The position numbers and the translations under genes are program-made. DNA of 64,000 nt from an uncultured delta proteobacterium (GTDB lineage Bacteria; Desulfobacterota; WTBG01), in NCBI GenBank assembly GCA_963793865.1, contig CAWCBP010000010.1, positions 32,001 through 96,000 of the forward strand, read 5' to 3'. This document shows positions 45,820 to 56,599 of this stretch, piece by piece. Under the pieces are notes generated by a model that worked only from the letters and a program-made list of their open reading frames with translations, did no database searches and was not told where the DNA came from. Every line of letters begins with the position of its first letter. The stretch's first letter is position 1.

Positions 45820-47526
45820 TCACTCCACCGCGGGCAGTCCCTGCATTCCCCGCATCTGGTTGACCAGGTCCTTCGTTTCCTTGGGGAACTGCTGCCATTC
45901 CTCCTCGGTGAACACCTGTCTCCCCGGTGAGGCCACCCCGTTGGGATCGAACACCTTTCTGATCTTCCGCATGAACAGATGCCCGTTGGGACCTGCTTCC
46001 GGGAACATGGTGGTGAAGGGCTCCACGTTGACAAAGGCCATGAGCATCGGCCCCAAATCATGCTTGATAAACGTTGCCGCCCCGTAAATCCCGTATCCGG
46101 CGGCCTTCTTGATCTCATCCGGCAGGGTCGGGTCCGGATAGTTGTCGGTTTCAAACAGGCAGAAGTGCCCCCGCTGCAGTGCATACACAAACGGCGTGTC
46201 ATCGGCGCCGCCCCGATCGGTTATGTCAAGCTCACCGAAGGTGTCCAGCGCCTTTTTCCATTCCCGCGAGGTGGCAAAGGCGCTGTTTAACGGCCCCACC
46301 GGCAGCCAGGCGTTGGCGTACATCTTGCGGTTCATGCGATAGCCGGTGGAATGGCGGATGCAGTCATAATTCCAGGGCTTGAGCGCTTCAAGCACTTCCG
46401 GCTTGTAGTCCTCCGAAAGAAATCTTCCGCCGTGTTCCTTGATGATCTGCTTCAGTACCTCCTCCTCGTATTCGATCTGCTTGTCGGAGCTGGTGTTGGC
46501 AAGAATGATGTAGCTGTTCCAGTCGGGGAAAAATTTGGTTTTGCAGCGCTCGACGGTCATGTCCTGTGTCTGCGAGCAGTAGAACGCCGAATACACGCCG
46601 GTGGCGTTAAGCCCGATGGCGATGCCGGAATGGGCAATCTCGCGCATGGCCTTGATCTGCGACTCAAAATCCTTATACTCCACCCAGTAAAGCTTGTGAT
46701 TTTTCAGCGGCGCCGGCGGATTGTCGTATTTCGGGTCATGCACATCGGCCAGGCTGGGCCTCCCCGCGGGGATCTCCGGGAACACCGGATCTCCGACCCA
46801 GGAATGCAGCTTGACGGTGATTTCGGTGACAATGCCGTTGGTGCCGACGCCCGCCCGCTGCAGCCCCAGCAGATCCGGACCCGGGCCGTACTCCCAGAAG
46901 TCACCCGCCTTGGGTATGCAGCGCGATCCGGTGGTCAAAATCTCCCCGTCCGGGAGGACCATTTTAACGCTCACAATATTGCGGCTGAAAAGCCCGTACT
47001 TCAGATCGGTCTGCCACAGGCCCGCGAAGGCAAACTGGGAGGCGAGCTTGCACAGGGCCGTCGCCAGCGGGCTTCCCCCGTTCCACAGGCCCCGCTTCAT
47101 GGCCTCCGCCTGCAGCTGCCCGTAATCAACATAGGCCTGCAGGGTGGCGTTCATGTTTTCCACGTCGATGTGAATGATCCTGTTCATGCGCGAGAGGTGG
47201 ATGATCAGCGTGGGATCAGGCGTGGTGGGATTGCAGAACACCTGCCCGTTGGTGAAGGGGATAAAGGGCACGTGGTAACGGTTGCAGATGCGCACGATGG
47301 ACTGGATCTCTTCGGTTGACGCGGGAAGCACCACGCACGCGGGCAGCACATGAGGGTCCTTCTCATGCTTTTTAATAAAGCTGAATCCCTCGATGGAAAG
47401 CTTGCTGTAGGTCTCCACCACCGATCGCTGTTCATAAATCCACTCCTCCCCGACCACACTCTTCAGTGCGTTATATACCTCCCGGGGCAACTTTTTTTGG
47501 ATTACTTTTCCCTTGCCGGTATTCAT
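45820..47526 (-). CDS. FAD-binding oxidoreductase (VAO/PCMH family)
   Basis: PACVVLPASTEEIQSIVRICN, LSRMNRI, GPGPDL, FDPNG. Confidence 0.85.
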   Translation of the reverse strand: MNTGKGKVIQKKLPREVYNALKSVVGEEWIYEQRSVVETYSKLSIEGFSFIKKHEKDPHVLPACVVLPASTEEIQSIVRICNRYHVPFIPFTNGQVFCNPTTPDPTLIIHLSRMNRIIHIDVENMNATLQAYVDYGQLQAEAMKRGLWNGGSPLATALCKLASQFAFAGLWQTDLKYGLFSRNIVSVKMVLPDGEILTTGSRCIPKAGDFWEYGPGPDLLGLQRAGVGTNGIVTEITVKLHSWVGDPVFPEIPAGRPSLADVHDPKYDNPPAPLKNHKLYWVEYKDFESQIKAMREIAHSGIAIGLNATGVYSAFYCSQTQDMTVERCKTKFFPDWNSYIILANTSSDKQIEYEEEVLKQIIKEHGGRFLSEDYKPEVLEALKPWNYDCIRHSTGYRMNRKMYANAWLPVGPLNSAFATSREWKKALDTFGELDITDRGGADDTPFVYALQRGHFCLFETDNYPDPTLPDEIKKAAGYGIYGAATFIKHDLGPMLMAFVNVEPFTTMFPEAGPNGHLFMRKIRKVFDPNGVASPGRQVFTEEEWQQFPKETKDLVNQMRGMQGLPAVE

Positions 47527-47547
47527 GGTTGTGCTCCCCCGCTGTGG

Positions 47548-48795
47548 TTATTCAATGTCAAGCGCTTTGATGAGCAGATCGGTGAGATCATACAGCTCCA
47601 TGCCGTCATCCATCTTGCTCAGGGCGTCCCCCAGGTTCTGCTCACAGAAGGGGCACGCGGTCACCACCGCCTGCGCCCCGGTCTTTTTTGCCTCCTGCAG
47701 CCGCTTGGTGGCGGTCTTCTGGGCAAAGTCCATGAAGGCGGTCCGGGCGCCGCCGCCGCCGCCGCAGCACCAGGACTGGTCCTTGATGCGCTCCATCTCC
47801 ACCAGCTCCACACCGGGAATGGCGCTTAAGATCCGGCGCGGCGGGTCATAAATGCCCAGATGCCGCCCCAGGTGGCAGGGATCATGCCAGGTGAGCCGCA
47901 TGTTGAGCGCTTTATTCATTTTCAATTTCCCTTCCCGGATGAGCTTGTCGATGTACTGGGAGGTATGATAGACCGTTGCCTTCAGTTTCGGTGCGTCGGG
48001 GACTTCCGGATAATCGTGGGTGAGGGCCCGGAAGCAGCCCGGACAGAAGGCCACGATGTCCTTCACCCCGCTTGCGTTTAACAATTCGATGTTGCGCCGG
48101 GCGAGATTCATAAAGGTCTCCCGGTCGCCGATGCGCGCCACCGGACTGCCGCAGCATATCTCGTCCTTGCCCAGCATGCCCAGGTCGACGCCTCCCTTGA
48201 GCAGGATTTTGGCGGTGTTCTGCGCCACGTGCCACTGGGTGTTGTCAAAAGCGGTGGTGCACCCCACAAACAGCATCGTCTCCGCCTTTTCCTTGCCCAG
48301 ATCTTTTATGGGGAGCTTGCGCGCCCACCGGTCACGCTGGGTGCGCGGCTGCATCCAGGGGTTGTCATAGTTTTTAACGCTCTTGATCAGGTTCTTATGT
48401 TCCGGCATGGGCCCGATTCCGTCCTTCACAAAAAGCGCCCTCAGCACCTCATTGACCTGCAGCGGCTCCTTGTCCTGCAGGCGCTGGCAGTTCATTTCAC
48501 ATGCCCCGCAGGTGGTGCAGGTATACAGGAATTTTGCCACTTCCGGGGCGTCTTCGTAGTCAAAGTCGCCCTCGAGCAGGGCCCGGGCTATGTGCATTTT
48601 TCCCATGCCCGAGTAGGGGAAAATCCGGTACTCGTGGAATGCCGGGCAGATTTCCGAGAACTCGGCGCTTTTTACATTCCATCCCCACTGGTTCTGGCAG
48701 TGATTGCACCGGGCACAGCCCCACACCGATTCGCGGTAGTCTTCCAGCGTCTTCTCAAAAAATTTCTTCTCAGGCTTTTTTTCGTAATAGGTCAT
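47548..48795 (-). CDS. (Fe-S)-binding CCG-domain protein (GlcF/HdrD-like)
   Basis: CARCNHC, CTTCGACEMNC, FVGC, EICCG, WHDPCHLGR, CCGGGGG, TACPFC. Confidence 0.9.
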   Translation of the reverse strand: MTYYEKKPEKKFFEKTLEDYRESVWGCARCNHCQNQWGWNVKSAEFSEICPAFHEYRIFPYSGMGKMHIARALLEGDFDYEDAPEVAKFLYTCTTCGACEMNCQRLQDKEPLQVNEVLRALFVKDGIGPMPEHKNLIKSVKNYDNPWMQPRTQRDRWARKLPIKDLGKEKAETMLFVGCTTAFDNTQWHVAQNTAKILLKGGVDLGMLGKDEICCGSPVARIGDRETFMNLARRNIELLNASGVKDIVAFCPGCFRALTHDYPEVPDAPKLKATVYHTSQYIDKLIREGKLKMNKALNMRLTWHDPCHLGRHLGIYDPPRRILSAIPGVELVEMERIKDQSWCCGGGGGARTAFMDFAQKTATKRLQEAKKTGAQAVVTACPFCEQNLGDALSKMDDGMELYDLTDLLIKALDIE

Positions 48796-48821
48796 GCAGT
48801 TATTCCTCCCTGTCCGGCGCC

Positions 48822-50282
48822 TTAAAAGCAAAGATGTCCGGGATTGCAGATGTGGTTCGGGTCGATCTCCCTCTTTATCTCTTTGAGCTTCTGGGTGTAC
48901 GTGCCGGCGCGGCTGTACACCAGGTCCGCCCATATTCCGTAGGGCCGGTCAAAGAAGGCGCCGCCCTCATCAATGAACCTTCTGCTGACTTCCTCCCAGA
49001 GATTTTTGACCCGTGCCACATCGTTTGTATCGTTCGGATTACAATGGAGGTCGGCCTCGCAGTGGCAGGCGCGTCCCCGTTCAATGGGCAGCACGTACAC
49101 ACCGATGTCCTGCAGGGGATAGTTATATTCGTTGATAAATTCCATGACAATTCTCTGAAACAGGGGCACCTTGCTCAGCGGCGTCTTGAATGAAACATCA
49201 TGGACTGACCCGCGGTAGCAGAACTTTTTCAATATGCCCCAGGGGCGCAGCACCTCTGCAAGTAAGATGTTCTCGAGGTGGCTGTCGTTGAGGGTTTGCA
49301 GGCGCGCCATCGAGGCAATGGCCATGAGTGCTTCTTCTTCGTAGGCGATCTTTTTTTCCGGCATGCGCGGGCCGCCATTCAGGCAGACGGCCATCAGCCA
49401 GTCAGGCAGCGTGCTTCGAAGCGCGTCAAAATCCCTGGACTGAATCATCGGGGCGGGAATGTGATCAGGAACATTCCAGTCTTTGCAGAGCAGCGCCGCC
49501 AGGTTGAAGTTGTTGATTAAAAAGCATTCATGGCCGATCTCTTTGCGCTGTATCATGCGCAGGGGTTCTATGGCTTCCGGGAATGAATCAAACTGGAACA
49601 GCACCATCTTTCTCTTGGTGGGGAGATATTCCACCTTGATGTTCATCTTGGTCATAATGCCCAGCGTTCCCTGCGCGCCGGTCCACAGCCGGTTGACCAT
49701 GGCCCGGACCGGTCCCATCGGAGATCCCGGCGTGTTGCCTGAAGACCAGAGACCGGTGCGGAACAGCTCCCCGGTGGGCAGCACCAGCTCCGTATCTAAA
49801 ATGAGCTCGTTGCCGTATTCAAAGCTGGCCGCGGCAACCGCCGGGTCCCGCTCCAGGAAGCTGGTCAGGGCGGAGCGACGGGGATGCACCCCGAAGGGGA
49901 GCATCGCCCGGAGCTGATGTTTTTCCAGCTCATCCTGCAGCCGGCTGACGGTTACCCCCGGCTCGATGATGCAGGACCAGTTCTCGGTATCCACCGCCAG
50001 TATTTTATTCATGCGCGAAAGGTTCAGTATAATGCCGCCCTGACGGGGGATGGTGCCGCCGTGGAGATTCAATCCGGAGCTGTAGGGAATCAACGGCATT
50101 CGCGTCCTGTTGGCGTATTTCACCACCTCCTGGATCTGCGCCACCGTTTCCGCAAACACAACCAGGTCGGGCTTGCGGGGACGAACAAAGCTCTGGTCAC
50201 GTGAATACGACAGCAGCGTTTCATCGTCATCAAAAACAGATTCTTTGCCAATGATGCCGGTTACATCGTCCTTGATTGACAT
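48822..50282 (-). CDS. FAD-binding oxidoreductase (GlcD/VAO-like)
   Basis: PDLVVFAE, LSRMNKI, IEPGVT, GAQGTLGI, IDPNHICNPG. Confidence 0.88.
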   Translation of the reverse strand: MSIKDDVTGIIGKESVFDDDETLLSYSRDQSFVRPRKPDLVVFAETVAQIQEVVKYANRTRMPLIPYSSGLNLHGGTIPRQGGIILNLSRMNKILAVDTENWSCIIEPGVTVSRLQDELEKHQLRAMLPFGVHPRRSALTSFLERDPAVAAASFEYGNELILDTELVLPTGELFRTGLWSSGNTPGSPMGPVRAMVNRLWTGAQGTLGIMTKMNIKVEYLPTKRKMVLFQFDSFPEAIEPLRMIQRKEIGHECFLINNFNLAALLCKDWNVPDHIPAPMIQSRDFDALRSTLPDWLMAVCLNGGPRMPEKKIAYEEEALMAIASMARLQTLNDSHLENILLAEVLRPWGILKKFCYRGSVHDVSFKTPLSKVPLFQRIVMEFINEYNYPLQDIGVYVLPIERGRACHCEADLHCNPNDTNDVARVKNLWEEVSRRFIDEGGAFFDRPYGIWADLVYSRAGTYTQKLKEIKREIDPNHICNPGHLCF

Positions 50283-50320
50283 GCCGTTTTCTCCTGCACA
50301 GGTACAATGAGTTGTGGTAT

Positions 50321-50382
50321 TATGACTGCGGTCATTTAAATATGACTGCGGTCACATTATAAGATTTAAAATTCCCTGTCAA
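50321..50382 (-). promoter_or_regulatory. Tandem palindromic operator (TATGACTGCGGTCA x2) overlapping a sigma-70 promoter
   Basis: Identical 14-mers at 50321 and 50341, each TGAC-N4-GTCA. TTGACA at 50377-50382 on the minus strand. Confidence 0.75.
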
Positions 50383-50604
50383 GCAAAATAAAAAATAATT
50401 TTAAACCATGCGCGGTCCGGGATTACACCGTATGCTTCCCGTATGGCGAAGGGGACACACGATGGGGGGTAGGATTTAAACGGCTGGTTTATATGCAGAA
50501 AATCCGGGGTGATTATAGTGAAAAAATCCCTCTGTGATGAAGACAGAGGGGCTGGAAAAGATCATTCAAGCTGCCGGTCGGGGTATGCTACCGCATAAGC
50601 GTGT

Positions 50605-51207
50605 TTAGCTTTTGGTTGTTTCAACCCCGTTGAGAATATACTGAACCGCCTCTTTGATGCGTGCGACGCACTCCTTCTTGGTTTTTATGAAGCCGTTGGT
50701 CCAGTAGATGACGTACATGGTGTAGAGGGCGAATATCATTTCGGTCAACCGTCGCGAATCCACATCAGGCCTGATTTCTCCCTGTTGTTTTGCCCGTTCG
50801 ATTGACCGGAAGATCTCCTCCATCAGCCGCAGTTCATTCTTGTTCTTGCCGGTTCCGATGTTTCCGATCCGCTCTTTGATGAGAACCTTGGTGAATTCCC
50901 TGTCGGAGAAAATATGCTTGATGTAGGAGGAAACCGAAAGCTCAATCTGGTCAATGAAGGTTTGCTGATCGCTCCTTTTTTGCGCGATCTCCGCTTCGCT
51001 TTTCCCGTATTCCCGATCAAGAAAATGAAGCAGCACATCCTCTTTTTTATCAAAAAAATTGTAAAAGGTGCCCTTGGCGACCCGCGCCCTCCGGGTTATG
51101 CTCTCAACACTGGTTTTCTCAAAACCCTTTTTGGCGCAAAGCTCCAGTGCCGCGGTGACGATCCGCTCCTCTGTGACATCTCTTGAACGGTCGCGCTTCT
51201 GTGCCAT
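50605..51207 (-). CDS. TetR/AcrR family transcriptional regulator
   Basis: HTH KGFEKTSVESITRRARVAKGTFYNFFDKKE. Confidence 0.95.
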   Translation of the reverse strand: MAQKRDRSRDVTEERIVTAALELCAKKGFEKTSVESITRRARVAKGTFYNFFDKKEDVLLHFLDREYGKSEAEIAQKRSDQQTFIDQIELSVSSYIKHIFSDREFTKVLIKERIGNIGTGKNKNELRLMEEIFRSIERAKQQGEIRPDVDSRRLTEMIFALYTMYVIYWTNGFIKTKKECVARIKEAVQYILNGVETTKS

Positions 51208-51309
51208 GGGTCAGGTTGAGGTCAGGCCGGAGAGGCATGCCCCACAGCGGTGAGGCTGCCGGCCGGCGAGGGAGATTCCCGGGAGCAGCCGGGTGCGCCC
51301 GGTCAGTGG

Positions 51310-52350
51310 TTAGAGTACGCCGATCGCCGCGAGATCAACATGCTCGCGTATGAGCGATGTTAAAAGCTCGATGGCCGCCGGGTCATCCTTGGTCAGGAGC
51401 GGCTCCAGCTGCTCAATTTGCCGCTGAACCTGGTAGGTGTCGGGGTTCACCAGGAGCAGGGGAGTTCCCCGGTCTTCGGCCATGGAGATGATGTTGGACG
51501 GCGGAAGGATGTTGTTGGTGAGGATAATGCCCGCCGCGTCGGCTTCCAGGGCGACCAGAATCATGTCGCTCCTGTCACCGCCGGTAATGATCAGCTTGGC
51601 TTCCTTTTTGAAAATGGGCTTGTTCTGGGCGACGCTTCCCGACATGGCGCCGATGACCAGGTTTTTTATTTTCCGGTCAAGGTTCTTGTCCGCGGTAAGC
51701 ACCTTGGCGAAAAGCCTGTCCGCCAGGTAGCGCAGGGAAAAATAGGTGAATTCCCGCTCATAGGGGATGATGCCCAGCACGGGAATGCCGGTCTTGGTGA
51801 TCTCCGGTATGGAGACCTCCCTGAAATCCTGCACGTTACGCACCTTGTTGACGATGATGCCGGCGAGGTCGATGCCGGTCAGGTCCACGTTCTTCTTGAG
51901 GAACATGATGTCATCGAGAATGCTGTCGTCATCCCCTCCGATCATGAAGAGCAGCCGCCCCTTCAGGTAGCGCGCCAGCGAAAGGGCGTCGAGATGCACC
52001 GAGTGCCCGTAGGTGATGGCCTTTCCCCCCTCCACCATCAGCATGTCCTTTCCCGCCGACATTTCCCCGGCCAGCTCCAGCACCTTTTCCCGGATGCTGT
52101 CTTCATTGTACATGTAGCGCAGCTTGGAGTGATCGAAGCCGATGCTCATGGTTTCCGGCTCTTCACCGATGGAAAAGACATCGGCGATAAGCGCCGCGTC
52201 GTAGTCCCAGAGCCTCTTTTTGCTGTACAGCAGCCGGTCGCCGAACGGTTTCATGTAGCCGATGTTTTTGCCGGACAGCTTTGACAGACCCACAATGAGG
52301 CTGGTCTTGCCGGCGCTGGCCCTCAGTGAAGCAATTACTAATGTGTTCAT
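51310..52350 (-). CDS. Pta N-terminal-like (P-loop plus DRTGG) protein
   Basis: SAGKTS, YMKP, VEGG, ITGGDRSD. Confidence 0.88.
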   Translation of the reverse strand: MNTLVIASLRASAGKTSLIVGLSKLSGKNIGYMKPFGDRLLYSKKRLWDYDAALIADVFSIGEEPETMSIGFDHSKLRYMYNEDSIREKVLELAGEMSAGKDMLMVEGGKAITYGHSVHLDALSLARYLKGRLLFMIGGDDDSILDDIMFLKKNVDLTGIDLAGIIVNKVRNVQDFREVSIPEITKTGIPVLGIIPYEREFTYFSLRYLADRLFAKVLTADKNLDRKIKNLVIGAMSGSVAQNKPIFKKEAKLIITGGDRSDMILVALEADAAGIILTNNILPPSNIISMAEDRGTPLLLVNPDTYQVQRQIEQLEPLLTKDDPAAIELLTSLIREHVDLAAIGVL

Positions 52351-52352
52351 GT

Positions 52353-54468
52353 TTAGCTCCCTCGCTCAGTTGAGAGTAAAATTCTGACGTCCACTGCTTT
52401 TGCACCCAGTCCCTGCTCGTAGACCATAAGGGGATTGATTTCTATGTCGGAGATGGTTTTTGATTTCCTGATCAGCGAGCTGATTTTCACGATGGTGCTG
52501 ATGAAGGTCTCCATGTCCTTTTTCTCCTGCCCGCGCACTCCCAGCAGCAGCGGGTAGGACTTGGTCTCCTTGATCATGTTCATGATTTCCCTGCGGGAAA
52601 GGGGACAGGCCCTGAAGGCCACGTCCTTGAGCACCTCGATGTAGATGCCGCCGAGCCCGCACATGATCACCGGGCCGAAGACCGGGTCTTTGCGCGCGCC
52701 CACCACGGTCTCGATGTCCTTCTGTATCATTTCCGCGATCTCGACCCCCTCGAGCTGGGCGTTGGGGTTGTATGCCTTGCAGCTGCTCATGATGGCCTCG
52801 TAGGCATCAATTACCTCATCCTTGTTCTCGAGGTCAAGGGCGACACCGCCCGCGTCGCTCTTGTGGATGATGTCCCGTGACACAATCTTCATCACCAGCG
52901 GATAGCCCATCTCTTCGGCGCGGGCCACGGCCTCAGTCAGGTTCCTGGCCACCGCCGTTTTGGGAACGGTGATCCCGATGATCTCCATGATTTTTTGCGC
53001 CTCGCGGGAGAGGAGAAAGTAGCGGTTTTCCTGCAGGGCCTTCCTGCATATGGCATCGATGGGTTCGATGTCTATGGGGACATCTTCAAATTCGTCGGAC
53101 TGGGCGGCCAGGTAACGCTGGTAGCTGTACAGGCTTCCCAGGCAGGCGATGGCCTCATACACGTCTCCGAAGAGGGGCACCCCTTTTCTGCTCAGCGCGG
53201 TGATGCAGTTTTCTATGTCCTCTCCCCCCACGGTCACAAACAGGACGGGCTTTCCCCCGTTCGGCATATTTCAGGTACACTTCTTCCAGGGTTTTTTGCA
53301 GGTCTGCCGCGGCGAAGACCGCGGTTTCACAATACAGCGCAACGCTGGCGCCGATGTTCCCATCGTTCAGCGCCACGCTCAGCGCGCTGTCATAGGCGCT
53401 GCTGGTGGCGCCCCCGGTGATGTCGATGGGGTTTTTGGTGGAGCCGAAGCTGGGGGTGACGGGGGCATACAGCTCTTTGAGCGCTTCGCTGTCATCGTAG
53501 AGGCGTATCTGGTGGCGCTCGCAGGCGTCGGTGGCCATGACCCCTATGCCGCCGCCGTTGGTGACAATCAGCGTGTCCTCGGTTGTCGGAAGGGGAGAAC
53601 CGGCCAGGAACTTGCAAAGATTGAACGCATCCTGGATGCTGTCGGCGCGGAGCACCCCGTTCTGCCGGAGAATGGCATCGACAATGTCATCGGCGCCGGC
53701 AAGCGCGCCGGTGTGCGATGCCGCGGCAACCGCCCCGCGGGCGGAACGCCCCGACTTGATCACCACCACCGGCTTGTGGCTCGTCGCCTTTTTTACCGCG
53801 GTGATGAATCGTTCCCCGTTTTTAATCCCCTCGATGTACATGAATATGACCTTGGTTCGCTCCTGGAGCATCAGGTACTCGAGCAGGTCCGCTTCGTCAA
53901 CGTCGGACTTGTTCCCCACCGAGACGATGCTTGAGAGGCCGATGTTGTCAACCTTGGTTTTGCCGATCATGGCCAGGCCCAGGGCGCCGCTCTGGGTGAT
54001 GATGGCGACGTTGCCGGGCAGGATGTTGCCCGGGCCGAAGGTCGCGTCGAGCGAGGCCGCGGCTGAATAAATGCCGAAAATGTTGGGGCCGACGATGCGC
54101 ATGCCGTGATCCAGCGCGTAGGCGGCAATCTTTTTTTCCTCCTCGCTGTTTCCCACCTCGGAGAAGCCCGAGGTGATGATGAGGTTGTACTTCACGCCTT
54201 TGGCGGCGCAGCTCTGCACCGACTCGAACACGCGCGGCGCCGGTATGACGGTGCACACCACGTCAATGCTGTCTTCAATGTCCCCGATCTGCTTGTACAT
54301 CGGGAGATTGAGCACCGTGCCCCCGGAAGGATTGACCGGGTAGAGGCTTCCCTTGTAACCGCTGGCGAGAATGTTGTTCACCACCGTGTAGCCGATCTTT
54401 TTGCTGTCGGTCGATGCGCCGATGACCGCAATGCTTTTTGGTTCAAACAGGCTGCGTATGTTGTTCAT
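52353..54468 (-). CDS. Acetate/acyl-CoA ligase (ADP-forming), alpha-beta fusion; frameshift near 53257
   Basis: LFEPKSIAVIGAS, GPN, SHTGALAG (phospho-His), NPID, IIHKSDAGGV, EINPL. Confidence 0.9.
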
Positions 54469-54479
54469 GGGATGATCAC

Positions 54480-56378
54480 TCAGGATTCCTTGAATACAAG
54501 TTTTAGTTCATATACCTTTTCGCTTCGCCGCTTTTCTATATCAAACCCGCCCTTTTGAAACACCTGCATCATGGAGTTGTTTTCGACCAGCACCTCGGCG
54601 GTGAAGCCGAGCAGCCCCTGTCTCCGTGCCAGGTAGGTGAGATAGGAGAGCAGTTCGGTCCCGACGCCCTTGTTGTGAAAATCGTCCCGCACCACGAAAG
54701 CCACCTCCGCGGTATAGGAAAGGGTATTGACGGCATATTGCCCCACGCCCACCAGCTCCTCCATGCTGCCGCCTTCGGCCAGCGCCAGGATGATCAGCTC
54801 CTGGGTGTAGTCGATGACCGCGAACTCCTGGAGCCGCTCGTGAGGCATGTCCTTCCTGGTGGAGATGAAACGCTGGTACATGCTTTTATCGGAAAGGGAG
54901 TAGAAAAAGTCCTTGAGCAGCGGCTCGTCGCTTATTTTAACCGGCCTGAGCATGATTCTCATCCCGGTGAAGGTGGTGCGGTAGGTTTCAAGCGCCTCGG
55001 GATACATGCCGCGCTCTCCGGGGATGAATGCCTGATCACTGTAGATGAGCTTTTCTTTTTTCGCCTCTTCGATAAGCCAGGGCCTGAATTTGGGGTGGGC
55101 GATGGCAATCAAATCCATGGCCCGCTCCCGGATGTTTTTCCCCTGGAGATAGGCGATGCCGTATTCCGTCACCACGTAGTTAAGGTCGCCCCTGACCAGG
55201 GTTACTCCCGCTCCCTCATCGAGGAGGGGTACGATGCGTGAATGCTTTCCGTCGTTTGAAGTGGAGCGCAGGATGAGAATGGTTTTGCCGCCCGCTGACA
55301 GGGTCGCGCCCCGCATAAAATCCGCATGTCCCCCGACCCCGCTGTAAAAAAATCTGCCCAGCGATTCGGAGCTTGACTGCCCGGTGAGATCTATCTGAAG
55401 CGCCGAATTGATTGCCACCATGTTGTTCTGGCCGGCAATGGTAAGCGGATTGTTGGTGATGTCAATGGTGCGGAAATCCACGGCGGGGTTATCGTCGATG
55501 AAGTCGTACGTCTCTTTTGAGCCCATGCAGAAGGAAGCCACCGTTTTCCCCCTGCCGATGGTTTTTTGCGAATTGTCAACCACCCCCATTTTCATGAGCT
55601 TTACAATGCCATCCGGCAGGAGTTCCGTGTGCACCCCCAGGTGTTTCTTGGTGGTCAGGCTGTCCATGATGGCATTGGGGATCCGTCCGTACCCCACCTG
55701 AATGGTGTCCCCGTCCTGAACCAGGCGCGACACGTAATTCCCGATCTTGGCGTCGATTTCGTCCGACTCCCTGGAGTTGAATTCAATCAGCGGCTCATCA
55801 TGAGGCACAATAAAGTGAACGTCGTTCACGTGGATGAAGGTGTCGCCATGCACCCGGGGCATGGAGGAATTTACCTGGACGATCACCAGCGCGGCGGTTT
55901 CCACCGCGGCTTTGACGATATCCACGCTGATGCCCAAACTCATATATCCGAGTTTGTCGGGGAGAGAGGTCTGCACGAGGGCAATGTCGAATTTAATGAT
56001 GCCCTGGCGGAGCAGGGGAGGAACCTTTGAGAGGAAGAGGGGAGTGTAGTCAGCGAGACCCTGGTTGACGGCGTCACGGGTGTTGTCACCGACAAAGAAG
56101 GAGTTGAGCCTGAAATTGCGCTTAAACTTCTGGTTGGTGTAGGGGGCCACCCCCAGCGTCCAGACATGAAAAACTTCCGCGTCAAAGAATGCCTTGGGAT
56201 TTCTGGCCGCGTAATCGGTGAGCGCCTGCACCAGGTATTGGGGTTCCGCGCAGGCGGTGCCGATAAAAATCCGGTCTCCCCGGTTGACATGCTTGAATAT
56301 GGCGTCTTCTGAGGCAAACTTCTCAGGGTAGGATTTTTTCAGCTCCTCCAGTGCCGCCTTGTTTTTTTCCATGGTCAT
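54480..56378 (-). CDS. Acetyl-CoA hydrolase/CoA-transferase fused to a C-terminal GNAT acetyltransferase
   Basis: LGVHTE, INSALQIDLTGQ, SGVGGHADF, VTEYG, then LRPV...RF...AEVAFVVRDDFHNKGVGT. Confidence 0.9.
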   Translation of the reverse strand: MTMEKNKAALEELKKSYPEKFASEDAIFKHVNRGDRIFIGTACAEPQYLVQALTDYAARNPKAFFDAEVFHVWTLGVAPYTNQKFKRNFRLNSFFVGDNTRDAVNQGLADYTPLFLSKVPPLLRQGIIKFDIALVQTSLPDKLGYMSLGISVDIVKAAVETAALVIVQVNSSMPRVHGDTFIHVNDVHFIVPHDEPLIEFNSRESDEIDAKIGNYVSRLVQDGDTIQVGYGRIPNAIMDSLTTKKHLGVHTELLPDGIVKLMKMGVVDNSQKTIGRGKTVASFCMGSKETYDFIDDNPAVDFRTIDITNNPLTIAGQNNMVAINSALQIDLTGQSSSESLGRFFYSGVGGHADFMRGATLSAGGKTILILRSTSNDGKHSRIVPLLDEGAGVTLVRGDLNYVVTEYGIAYLQGKNIRERAMDLIAIAHPKFRPWLIEEAKKEKLIYSDQAFIPGERGMYPEALETYRTTFTGMRIMLRPVKISDEPLLKDFFYSLSDKSMYQRFISTRKDMPHERLQEFAVIDYTQELIILALAEGGSMEELVGVGQYAVNTLSYTAEVAFVVRDDFHNKGVGTELLSYLTYLARRQGLLGFTAEVLVENNSMMQVFQKGGFDIEKRRSEKVYELKLVFKES

Positions 56379-56599
56379 GCCGAACTAATTCCCTTGATAG
56401 GTATCCACCCCCGCAGCGCTATATACCATATTTCATTTTAAACTGTCACATGTTTTTTTATTTTTTTGACTGATTTTTTTGGCAGATTTTGATTGAAATA
56501 CAGCCGGATATCGTTTAAACAGCACTATCGGCCTTTGTGATGCGATCTCACGTTCATTCATTGATTTTCATTCCAACAAGCCGGAAAGGGGGTTGCCTG

